A DNA stretch of 64,000 nt from a virus (lineage: Duplodnaviria; Heunggongvirae; Uroviricota; Caudoviricetes; Crassvirales): positions 20,379 to 84,378 of the IMG/VR virus record IMGVR_UViG_3300037280_000040; one strand, written 5' to 3'. Of this stretch, positions 28,814-37,585 are shown piece by piece. Position numbers and translations under genes: made by a program. The notes under the pieces were generated by a model. That model searched no databases, was not told where the DNA came from, and saw nothing but the letters and a program-made list of their open reading frames with translations. Position 1 is the first letter of the stretch. Each line of letters begins with the position of its first letter.

Positions 28814-29224
28814 TGGTGGAGCTAGAGGGAGTCGAACCCTCGTGTTATCTTAATACTTACTAATAATCTTATATATGCTTAGTATTTACTGTACTTTTTC
28901 AGCTATTTCTAGTAATAGAGTGAAATATTGAAAACTCTAGGACTGTTTGGGACACAAACAGACACCACCATGCAATGAGATTGCAATACTTAATATTCCT
29001 CAGTAAGGAGGCAATATATCTCAAGACTTTTTAAGAAAGTTTAAACTTTTTACAACTTTATTTGATAAGGTTGTTGTCACCCCAGTTCTCTTACGCTACT
29101 AAAGCAAGCTTTGCAGCAGGAACAAAAACAATAGTTTTGCCTGTTATTCTTCTTTGAGTATTTAAAGGACTCCTCCATGCATAAATTACTACTTTTCTTG
29201 AGATAGTCTAAACCAACTAGCCCC
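28814..29224 (-). ncRNA. ssrA: tmRNA-like RNA (ssrA-like), about 411 nt
   Basis: The 5' end, GGGGCUAGUUGGUUUAGACUA, parallels E. coli GGGGCUGAUUCUGGAUUCGAC. The 3' end is GAGGGUUCGACUCCCUCUAGCUCCACCA, with a T-arm, an acceptor stem with a G3:U wobble, and an encoded CCA. A tag-like ORF reads AAUAACAGGCAAAACUAUUG...GCUUUAGUAGCGUAA, giving GKTIVFVPAAKLALVA* from a GGC resume codon or AKLLFLFLLQSLL* from GCA. Confidence 0.55.
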
Positions 29225-29246
29225 AGTTTTTTATTTAAAAATAAGA

Positions 29247-29272
29247 GTATAACATAGTTACCTATGTTATAC
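29247..29272. promoter_or_regulatory. Perfect 11-bp inverted repeat, gtataacatag-ttac-ctatgttatac, 23 nt upstream of the tmRNA 5' end
   Basis: Read directly from the sequence. On the minus strand it is followed by a U-rich run. Confidence 0.4.
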
Positions 29273-29429
29273 CCTTAATAAATTAACTAACTTCACAGTC
29301 TGCTAATTTTCAGTGTTAAATTTTCTATTTTAATAAGAAATTTAATACTTATAATACACAATACACATAAATAAAACCGTTATCAAATGTTTAATATTTT
29401 ATATTTTTACTTTAATAGAATTAAAAAGT

Positions 29430-29460
29430 AAATAGCATGACTATTAAAGCCATGCTATTT
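29430..29460 (-). terminator. Candidate intrinsic terminator, 10-bp stem aaatagcatg/catgctattt
   Basis: A hairpin followed on the minus strand by ACUUUUUAAU, downstream of gene 29771-30112. Confidence 0.4.
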
Positions 29461-29770
29461 AAAAATAATTCTATCACCTCTTAAGCCTTCAGTTATTTTT
29501 TCAAATCCTCTATGTATTTCATTCAATTAATTTAATATAATTTAGTCTTTCAGATTCATGCTATAGTGTTTCACTGATGAGAGCATTATCTCATTCAAAG
29601 AGGAGTATTTAGATTATTGTTGTCTACAAGTTTTATATACCAAACAGTATATGGGGAGACACTTACCCTGCTTGATTTAAGAATCTCACTTAAATCTCCT
29701 TAACTTCATATTATATTATATAATATGTAAGGTATGGGTCTAACCAGCCTAGATTATTACTAATCTATTT

Positions 29771-30112
29771 TTATTTTAGCATAGCTTCTAACTCTTCATC
29801 AGAAATTTGAGTAATTTTCAACTCTTTTCTTCTTGCTATTTCAACAAGAATTTTCTGATTATTTTCTTTAATAGCAGCAGCATCTCTAAGAGTTTTAGCT
29901 GCATCCTTTTTAGTAATGTAAATATCTTTTAAGATATTAAAAGATAATTCAATTAACTTATCAACTTTACTTTCAGATTCTTCTAAAAAGTCAAGTTCAT
30001 CATCATCACTAGCTTTAAGAGATTTCTTAATAGCTTTAATAGTGATTTTTAAAGTTGTTACAGAGATTACAATTGTGTACTGATGATTTAGGGTCTCTAA
30101 AAATAGGGTCAT
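29771..30112 (-). CDS. Hypothetical protein
   Basis: ORF overlapping the upstream ORF by 77 nt in a different frame. Confidence 0.3.
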   Translation of the reverse strand: MTLFLETLNHQYTIVISVTTLKITIKAIKKSLKASDDDELDFLEESESKVDKLIELSFNILKDIYITKKDAAKTLRDAAAIKENNQKILVEIARRKELKITQISDEELEAMLK

Positions 30113-30239
30113 CTATAGGTGAAAAGGATTCTAAATATAAATCCCAAGCTTGTTGTCCAGTAATACTACTTCTAAATAGCTTACCTCTCTCGCACATTTT
30201 ATCAAATTGTGCTTGCATTAATTGATTTAATTCTTTCAT
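30036..30239 (-). CDS. Hypothetical small protein
   Basis: ORF with a C-terminal CNLCNNF. Confidence 0.3.
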   Translation of the reverse strand: MKELNQLMQAQFDKMCERGKLFRSSITGQQAWDLYLESFSPIDDPIFRDPKSSVHNCNLCNNFKNHY

Positions 30240-30493
30240 TTATTTAATGTTTTGATTTATAATCTAAAAGTATTTATTAGCACCCTCCTCCTTAGACTCA
30301 CTAAGATTTATTCCACGCATTTAAGGTAGGGTCACATTATAACAATCTCAGGTTAGTAGCCCAATGCTATAATTTGCTGAGAACTCATTTGTGTTGATAT
30401 ACTACTTAGGATATATTCCCTACACCTTTCCTTTCTCAAAGGAACAACACATTCAGACTCTCATCTGATATCCAATTATTTAAGTGGTTTTCA

Positions 30494-31075
30494 ATGTTTA
30501 GTCCACTATTTCTCAAAATAATAATCAATAGATTTGGTAATATGAGATATTTTACTTATATTTGTATTTTAAGATTTAAAATTATGAATAAAGAAACTTT
30601 AATTAATCTGATTAATCAGAATTTAAGCACTTGGCAGATTGCTGAACAATCTAATACTACTCAAGCTAATGTAAGATATTGGCTTAAAAAGTATGATTTA
30701 CAAACTATTAGAACTATTAATAAAGAGAATGAATTAAAATTATGCCCTAAATGTAATACATCTAAGTTAAAATCTGAATTTTATCAATATAAGAAAAGTA
30801 GTTCTTATTGTAAATCTTGTATTGTTGAATCTAATTTAGAAAGACAAAGAGATACTAAATCTTTAGCTGTTGAATATAAAGGAGGAAAATGTTCTATATG
30901 TGGTTACAATAAATCTATTGCAGCTTTAGAATTTCATCATTTAAATCCAACAGAAAAAGATAAAGATTACTTTAATATGAGAGCAGGATTAACTCCTACT
31001 CTAAAAATAGAATTGGATAAATGTGTACTTCTTTGTGCAAATTGTCATAGAGAAACACATCATTTAATTCAATAA
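30494..31075 (+). CDS. Free-standing HNH endonuclease with an N-terminal HTH. It is the only plus-strand gene in the minus-strand block.
   Basis: The HNH motif is EFHHLNP...CANCHRETHH, with a Cys ribbon CPKCN...CKSC. The HTH-like region is STWQIAEQSNTTQANVRYWLKKY. Confidence 0.6.
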   Translation: MFSPLFLKIIINRFGNMRYFTYICILRFKIMNKETLINLINQNLSTWQIAEQSNTTQANVRYWLKKYDLQTIRTINKENELKLCPKCNTSKLKSEFYQYKKSSSYCKSCIVESNLERQRDTKSLAVEYKGGKCSICGYNKSIAALEFHHLNPTEKDKDYFNMRAGLTPTLKIELDKCVLLCANCHRETHHLIQ

Positions 31076-32743
31076 TTACCTCTTATTAGTTAGGTAACAT
31101 GCATCATTATTTACAATCACAATACCTGCATTAGTACAATGAATAATTGAGTTAGCTGAAGCTACAGAACAATCAAATTCAAGTATTGGATTCATATCTA
31201 ATAATCTAGCAAATTGTATTTTATTATCATAAGGTATTACTGCTAAATCATTATTAAGCACATCAAAGTATTTTAATTCGGTCTCAGAAGCTAAATAAGT
31301 AAGTTTTAGATTTGAGATACTAGCATATTGATAAGTTACCTTCTCATTAGCTATTTCTTCAAGTAAAACTAAGTTTCCTCTTTGAATTATATTCTTAATT
31401 GCTATATCAGCCATTACATAGTTTAAACTATTCTTTTCACAATACATCAATACAGTTTTACCTGATACACTCTGATAAATACTATCTATCTGAGTAAATC
31501 CTCTACCATATACAGAAGTTATAGTATAAGATAATCCTAATAAACTTTTACTTAAATCAAAATTATACAGTTTATCTTCTGTTACTAATACAAGATTAGA
31601 ACCATATAAATCAGCTTTGATTTTAATAGTACTAGGAACACTAGCTATATGTTCTAATTTAGGATAGAGTTGAAGTAAGTTACCATTACTATTGAGACAA
31701 TAAATAGCTTTTTCATATACAAAAAACTTAGGATTTTTAGCAGTTATTTTGTCACTTTTTACAAGAGTAGCAGTACCTTTAAGTGAGGTATCATATATAA
31801 AATACTCACCTCTAACTGTATACAATAATAACAAATCCTTACTAGCAGTTGATTGAATAATCTGAGTACCTACTCCTCCAAACATTGTTCTTACAGTCAT
31901 ATTAGCTGATTGTATATTTACAGGTTGTTTAATTACAGTATTAATAATCATAGTATTAAGACTTATAATAAATCTTTCTCCATTATTAAATACTCTATTA
32001 AATTGATTGAGTAACATATTATCAGAAATAGGCTCATAGCACTTAGGAATTATAATATCAGGAGAATTAGACAATATTGATTCCTTCTTAATCATTCTAT
32101 CTGCTATCTTAGGTATCTTTTTATGCATACCTTTGAATGGGTGTACATAAGTAAGCATATTAAATACCAAAATAGACAAGGCAAAATAATCAGAATTAAT
32201 AGATACATCTCCATTAAATAAAAAGTCCCTAACATCTTCTAATAACACACCTGAATGTTTAAATCCAGGGGTCTGAAAGGAATCAGTATCTATAAAATAC
32301 ACAATTCCATCTCTATTAATTAAGATATTATAAGGATTTAAATCTCCTATAACTACCTGATTGCTATGAGCATATTTAACACCTTGTATTAAAGCTTCAA
32401 TTACTTTTTTCTTTGTATCTAAAGTAATTGATTCTCTATTACAAAACACTTTATTTAATAATGAAACTAAAGGAAAGAAATCACTAGGAATTTTCCTCAT
32501 TGAGAATCCAAGAACATGTTTATTAGCATCATAAAGTAATGATTCAGGCTTGATAAACATGGGATTATCTAATTTGTGTAATTCTAGAAATTTACTTTCA
32601 GCAATAGGTTTAACATTGGGAAGATACAATTTAACCACATGGTTAGCATCCAAATCAAGGACTCTTCCTTCTCCACCTCTTGCAATCTCTTTAGATTCAT
32701 TAATATCATAAAGTAGTTGACCATTCTTATCAAATACTTTCAT
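31076..32743 (-). CDS. Eukaryotic-like Ser/Thr protein kinase with a C-terminal domain of about 280 aa and unknown fold
   Basis: The Gly-rich loop is IARGGEGRV, followed by the VVKL lysine. The catalytic loop is HSNQVVIGDLNPYNILI and the DFG-like motif is FIDTDSF. Confidence 0.6.
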   Translation of the reverse strand: MKVFDKNGQLLYDINESKEIARGGEGRVLDLDANHVVKLYLPNVKPIAESKFLELHKLDNPMFIKPESLLYDANKHVLGFSMRKIPSDFFPLVSLLNKVFCNRESITLDTKKKVIEALIQGVKYAHSNQVVIGDLNPYNILINRDGIVYFIDTDSFQTPGFKHSGVLLEDVRDFLFNGDVSINSDYFALSILVFNMLTYVHPFKGMHKKIPKIADRMIKKESILSNSPDIIIPKCYEPISDNMLLNQFNRVFNNGERFIISLNTMIINTVIKQPVNIQSANMTVRTMFGGVGTQIIQSTASKDLLLLYTVRGEYFIYDTSLKGTATLVKSDKITAKNPKFFVYEKAIYCLNSNGNLLQLYPKLEHIASVPSTIKIKADLYGSNLVLVTEDKLYNFDLSKSLLGLSYTITSVYGRGFTQIDSIYQSVSGKTVLMYCEKNSLNYVMADIAIKNIIQRGNLVLLEEIANEKVTYQYASISNLKLTYLASETELKYFDVLNNDLAVIPYDNKIQFARLLDMNPILEFDCSVASANSIIHCTNAGIVIVNNDACYLTNKR

Positions 32744-33461
32744 CAGTTGGCTCTTTTATGAATCTAACAATACTAATATCATCAAAATTAATATAACCTT
32801 TTTTTCTAAAAATGTTATACTTTCTTGATAACATAGCATCTGACCCTATTAAACTTCTATCATTTAAGAATGTATCAATTGCTAATGCTGTAGCATCTTC
32901 TTTAAGTGCATTTCTAAATGAACAGATACCATCACTACAGATACTTACATCTTTTTTAAATGTAAATGAATGTAGATTAGTATGTTTAGCCATTACTAGT
33001 GTAGGATTCTTATCTAAGTAGTAAGCCATATAATCAGGAGCATTATCTTTAGATTCAAGAATTATTAATTCATCATCCACTTTTATTACTCCATCACCTG
33101 AGCTAAGAATTAAAACTTCATCACCTCTAATAATACAAATTATCATAGTTGATACTAATTCTAATTCTTTTAAATCTAATAAATGTTGTACTTCTTTAAA
33201 TCCATCAAATATATCATGAAATAGTATATTCATAATAAAATGAAGATTTAAATCAGCTACATTCTTAAAATTATTACAGGAATGTTTTAATACTTTAACT
33301 AATAGAGAAGAAGCAAAATGAGAATCCATACCGGTGGAGCAACCATCAAAGATTGCTCCAATGTATAAAGGTTCTTTTGCATCTTGAACTCTAAAGAATA
33401 AGGAATCCTCACAATAAGTGAGATGGTCATCTCCTTTTTTAACAAGAGTTCTAACTTCCAT
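32730..33461 (-). CDS. PP2C-family Ser/Thr phosphatase
   Basis: GAIFDGCSTG matches the (V)FDGHGG metal-binding motif. ILSSGDGV matches the GDSR-like motif. Confidence 0.55.
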   Translation of the reverse strand: MEVRTLVKKGDDHLTYCEDSLFFRVQDAKEPLYIGAIFDGCSTGMDSHFASSLLVKVLKHSCNNFKNVADLNLHFIMNILFHDIFDGFKEVQHLLDLKELELVSTMIICIIRGDEVLILSSGDGVIKVDDELIILESKDNAPDYMAYYLDKNPTLVMAKHTNLHSFTFKKDVSICSDGICSFRNALKEDATALAIDTFLNDRSLIGSDAMLSRKYNIFRKKGYINFDDISIVRFIKEPTDESI

Positions 33462-34144
33462 TAGAAAGTTACATCTAAAGGATTAGCACCACTACTTGAT
33501 TTAGAGATAGAAGAAGAAATGAAATTAATCATTTTTCTTATCTCAGCACCAGTATTACCTACTTTAGCCAAATGTTGAATACCCATTAACTTTTGAGCTC
33601 TCTCAAAAGAAGAATCATCTCCTACTCCAAATAAGATTGAAGTAAAAGAAAAGGCACTTGCTTCATTTTTAGCAATATCATCAAGAGTAGTTTTAACAGC
33701 ATCAGCTGCACCTCTCTGTGATGAATTATCTTCACCATCAGTAATTACAAATACTAATGTTTTAACATTAATACCAGTATTTTCAAGGTTCTCTCTGTAC
33801 TCAATAGCATTTTTAATACCTTGAGCCACTGCATCATATAAAGCTGTACCATGACCTGATGGAGTAAATTGAATAGTTGGTACTCCAATAATAGGTTGGA
33901 ATCCACTTCTTACTTTAACTTTATCATGGAATTCTACAATAGAAACAAATAATCTATCATGAATATGACTTTGTTGCATAGTTTGAATAAAATCATTGAA
34001 GGCATTATTCAAGTCACTAGAATATGGGTATATTGATGGAGAAATATCCACAATGAATACAGCATTAATAGTTTCTTCTACTTGAATTTGCTCTGGGTCA
34101 AAATTATTAAAATCCAGAGATAAGTCTAAATCATTAAAATCCAT
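33461..34144 (-). CDS. von Willebrand factor A (vWA) domain protein with a MIDAS motif
   Basis: The MIDAS is FIVDISPSI (DxSxS), then TALYDAV, then VFVITDGEDN. Confidence 0.6.
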   Translation of the reverse strand: MDFNDLDLSLDFNNFDPEQIQVEETINAVFIVDISPSIYPYSSDLNNAFNDFIQTMQQSHIHDRLFVSIVEFHDKVKVRSGFQPIIGVPTIQFTPSGHGTALYDAVAQGIKNAIEYRENLENTGINVKTLVFVITDGEDNSSQRGAADAVKTTLDDIAKNEASAFSFTSILFGVGDDSSFERAQKLMGIQHLAKVGNTGAEIRKMINFISSSISKSSSGANPLDVTF

Positions 34145-34149
34145 GATAG

Positions 34150-34938
34150 TTACAGTTTAATATTGGTTGATATTTCAAATTTAATTCCCATAGCTTGAGC
34201 ATCTGCATAAATACTATCAGCCATATGTTCAAATCCTGTTACAGGACTCATACAGTCAGTTAAGATTATAAATTTCTTAGCTAACTCAGGAAATTGCATG
34301 GCTTGTTTAAGAGTATTAGCCACACAATGAGATTGTGCTTCTCCTGCAAAGTAAATAACATCAAATGTTTCCAGCTTTTGTAACAAAGCTTGATTCAATT
34401 GAGTCTCAGGATGTCCTGCTACTGGAATATTTGCTCTGAATGCACCAAAGTGTTCAGTTAAGGGATAAGTTCCTTTTGCTACTACTTGATAGAAAGATTT
34501 TGTTTCTCTAGCCCAAGCTGTAACAGCATCCATAATAGGCTCAACAAAAGAAGCTCCTTTAGTTCCAATAACACAATGCTCAGCCCAAATACAATGAGGG
34601 AATTCTCCTTGTTTCTCAAGTTCCTCAATATACTTAGTAGCTTCATTAGGCACAAATCTTGGACTCCATTTACCATCTAACACATCTTGATATGTTATGA
34701 TTGTAAAAATAGGTGGGAAATTACCATCTTTATCTGTCCAAAATCCTGGGTGAGCAATATCTAATACTTGGTGACTGTCCATAGTCATACCAATGTAATT
34801 AATGCTGTTTTTATTTTTAGTAATAAATTCAGCTAGTCTCAACATGTCTTTATCTGCATTATCTACAAATAATGATCCTTTTGGGTCACAAAAGTCAAAT
34901 TGAGCATCTATAATTAAAAGAGCTATTTTTTTATACAT
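34150..34938 (-). CDS. Isochorismatase-family cysteine hydrolase, nicotinamidase (PncA)-like
   Basis: IALLIIDAQFDFCDPKGSLFV matches PncA ALLLVDLQNDFC..G.L.V. A candidate catalytic Cys lies in FAGEAQSHCV. Confidence 0.55.
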   Translation of the reverse strand: MYKKIALLIIDAQFDFCDPKGSLFVDNADKDMLRLAEFITKNKNSINYIGMTMDSHQVLDIAHPGFWTDKDGNFPPIFTIITYQDVLDGKWSPRFVPNEATKYIEELEKQGEFPHCIWAEHCVIGTKGASFVEPIMDAVTAWARETKSFYQVVAKGTYPLTEHFGAFRANIPVAGHPETQLNQALLQKLETFDVIYFAGEAQSHCVANTLKQAMQFPELAKKFIILTDCMSPVTGFEHMADSIYADAQAMGIKFEISTNIKL

Positions 34939-34962
34939 TGTGTAAATATTTAATAAGTGAAT

Positions 34963-35295
34963 TTAAATCTTTTTAGTGAGAAATGTAATAATTTTACCTG
35001 CTTTATATACAATATTCTTATCATCAGTATAATACTGAATTATTAGATTTATAATAAAAGCTAATGACATAATAATATTAATAAAAGGAATAAAGAATGT
35101 TATTCCCATTACTATATATACAATTAATGGATATTTTACTCTTTCAGTAGCTACTGAATCTTCAATTAATTCTAATTTATTAGAGTAAAATCCAGTATTT
35201 TTTCTAAAACAATCTTCAGTATATCTATAAGATTGTTTTAGCATATTGTATAATAGAATATACAATATTAAAGCTATGATATATCCTATCCACAT
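34963..35295 (-). CDS. Small membrane protein
   Basis: Two hydrophobic segments. Confidence 0.35.
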   Translation of the reverse strand: MWIGYIIALILYILLYNMLKQSYRYTEDCFRKNTGFYSNKLELIEDSVATERVKYPLIVYIVMGITFFIPFINIIMSLAFIINLIIQYYTDDKNIVYKAGKIITFLTKKI

Positions 35296-35299
35296 AGTA

Positions 35300-36154
35300 C
35301 TACTTAATTAATAGTCCACCATTAACTCCATAAGTAGTAGGATATTTACCATCCCATACTTTTAATCTTTGTAATTCTACAAGAGCAGGAGTTAAAGATT
35401 TTGATACTTTCTGATTATAATATTCTTCTGCATCTGCTTCAATTTTTCTTGCATCTGCACGTCCTTTTGCTTCAGCTATAGCTATATTGGCATGAGCTGT
35501 TGCAAGAGCAACTTTATTCTCTTCCTTTTGAGCATCTTGAGTCATTGCAACTTTAGCATCTAAAGCATCTTTTATAGATTTAGGTATTCTTACTGAACCA
35601 ATTAGATATATATTATCAATTAATATACCATCATTCTTAAGATTAGCTGTTACAACCTTTTTAACTGAATCAATTAATAATCCTTTACCAGCACCATACA
35701 CTGATTCAACAGGCATATTACCACTAATTCTATTCAATGCATCTCTTACTGTATTCCTTAATACTATACTTCTTATTTCTTCAACTTGTTTATGATAGGT
35801 AGTATACATATGAGGTAATTTATCAAAATCAAAATGCATAGCTATTCCTAAATCAACTGCACATTCCATTCCTTCTTTTGTTTGAAATGTAAATTCTTCA
35901 TTGTCTTTAGAACCTTCAGTTGAACTGGCAGTAAATGTATAATTAACCTTAAAGGTAGGGAAATCATAGTAGTTTTGACCCCATGATTCAAAATAATTAC
36001 CTGGTCCAACTGCTTTAGGTTGTACTCCTTTATTATCACCATACTTTTCAAGAATAACTGAAGCTGAGCCTATCTCAGTTCTGTGCATACAACTTGTGAG
36101 AGTCATAGTCAAAGCTACCATAAGTAGCATAGAAAAAATCTTTAATCCTTTCAT
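35300..36154 (-). CDS. Lipoprotein with an SPFH/Band-7 (HflK/C-like) domain
   Basis: Signal plus lipobox MLLMVALTMTLTSCM. The C-terminus has an Ala/Glu-rich coiled coil, ALATAHANIAIAEAKGRADARKIEADAEE, typical of SPFH proteins. Confidence 0.5.
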   Translation of the reverse strand: MKGLKIFSMLLMVALTMTLTSCMHRTEIGSASVILEKYGDNKGVQPKAVGPGNYFESWGQNYYDFPTFKVNYTFTASSTEGSKDNEEFTFQTKEGMECAVDLGIAMHFDFDKLPHMYTTYHKQVEEIRSIVLRNTVRDALNRISGNMPVESVYGAGKGLLIDSVKKVVTANLKNDGILIDNIYLIGSVRIPKSIKDALDAKVAMTQDAQKEENKVALATAHANIAIAEAKGRADARKIEADAEEYYNQKVSKSLTPALVELQRLKVWDGKYPTTYGVNGGLLIK

Positions 36155-36177
36155 CTTTTTACTTTTTTTGTTTGTTT

Positions 36178-36414
36178 TTAATTATTATTTTGAGAATTTA
36201 AATCCTGATATAAGAAAATACCAAATCTGATTATTTTATATAATGCAAATAGTATTAAAATTGCTGAGATACTTATACCTCCAATAAATGCAATAGTACT
36301 TGCCTGACTCATAAGTCTAGGTATTTCTATTGCAAATGCTATAAAATAAATTGCTATAAATATAAGCAATTTAATAGTAAAGGTTGTATAAGTAATTTTA
36401 TTAAACTGTTTCAT
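36178..36414 (-). CDS. Small membrane protein
   Basis: Two TM helices. It is part of a run of four small TM ORFs. Confidence 0.35.
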   Translation of the reverse strand: MKQFNKITYTTFTIKLLIFIAIYFIAFAIEIPRLMSQASTIAFIGGISISAILILFALYKIIRFGIFLYQDLNSQNNN

Positions 36415-36660
36415 TTAATGTTTATATTTACTATGAACTTCTTCATGATTATCTATTAGTTTAGATAACCATTTTGCTAATTTAAAAAATGTTATCACTA
36501 TTAAAACTAATTCAATACCTACAGCAATAATAGTTGTAAGAAATATTTCTAATTTTAATAATGCAGGGACCACTAAGAACATTAATATAACATATATCAA
36601 TATCCATAGAACATATTTACCTAGTATTAATAGCAGGTAATTAAATTTATAAGAACTCAT
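36415..36660 (-). CDS. Small membrane protein
   Basis: Two TM helices. Confidence 0.35.
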   Translation of the reverse strand: MSSYKFNYLLLILGKYVLWILIYVILMFLVVPALLKLEIFLTTIIAVGIELVLIVITFFKLAKWLSKLIDNHEEVHSKYKH

Positions 36661-36839
36661 GCTATAAAAGCTTTAATTATAATTACAATAATAATAATTA
36701 AGAATAAATGATATATAAAGAATCTTCTTATTGTATCAATTCTTATAAATAGAATGTTAGTTTGTATTATCTTATATAATAAATATATAAGTCCTAATCC
36801 AGGAATTAAACTAACAATAAAAGGATAATGATTATGCAT
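36657..36839 (-). CDS. Small membrane protein
   Basis: Hydrophobic ORF. Confidence 0.3.
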   Translation of the reverse strand: MHNHYPFIVSLIPGLGLIYLLYKIIQTNILFIRIDTIRRFFIYHLFLIIIIVIIIKAFIA

Positions 36840-36902
36840 ATTATATTTTTTTAATAGTTTAAACTTATTAGATTCTAGGTCTAAGAAGATAGATAAAATA
36901 TA

Positions 36903-37175
36903 TTACTTTATACTTACCTCATTATTATTCACTGTTTTAGTAGGATGTTCAGGTATATTAAACCATCCAATTACACCACCTATAGGGGGCATAAATATAC
37001 CTACAGTATAAAGAACTTCTCTTTTACCTAGATTATTTATATCCCAATCAGATTTAATATCTTTTACAATACATTGAATCCATCCTATTATTAGGAAAAT
37101 TACTACTATGAATGTAAAACATCCTGAACCTTGTGCTATATGATTATAGCCAAAATTGCCACCACTTCTTCTCAT
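36903..37175 (-). CDS. Small membrane protein
   Basis: Two TM helices. Confidence 0.35.
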   Translation of the reverse strand: MRRSGGNFGYNHIAQGSGCFTFIVVIFLIIGWIQCIVKDIKSDWDINNLGKREVLYTVGIFMPPIGGVIGWFNIPEHPTKTVNNNEVSIK

Positions 37176-37500
37176 ACTTTCTAATTAATTTATTTATAAA
37201 TTTTAATCTTACTTTAAAATCTCCTTGTTTCCACCAATATAAACTAATGCAATATTCCTTATGAAATTCATCATAATTTTTATAAGGTTTTTTAGGTCTG
37301 TTTATTGATAAAAACCTATTTAATGTTATATACTCATATGTATTAAGTGTACCATCAAATAATAAACAATGTGTCATATTACATAATCCTAAACTATCAG
37401 AATATTTATCTGATATTATAGCATCTCTTAATAGTATTAATAATGTTTTTATTCCTCTTTCTATAAGAGTATTATCTATTCCAGTTATTGAATTATCCAT
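37144..37500 (-). CDS. Hypothetical protein
   Basis: ORF. Confidence 0.35.
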   Translation of the reverse strand: MDNSITGIDNTLIERGIKTLLILLRDAIISDKYSDSLGLCNMTHCLLFDGTLNTYEYITLNRFLSINRPKKPYKNYDEFHKEYCISLYWWKQGDFKVRLKFINKLIRKYEKKWWQFWL

Positions 37501-37585
37501 ATGATTTTAATTTTAGAAGAGTTATATCTATATAGTACTTTGTAAGCTTTTATTATTAGCTTCTATATGATATAACTCTTACTTA

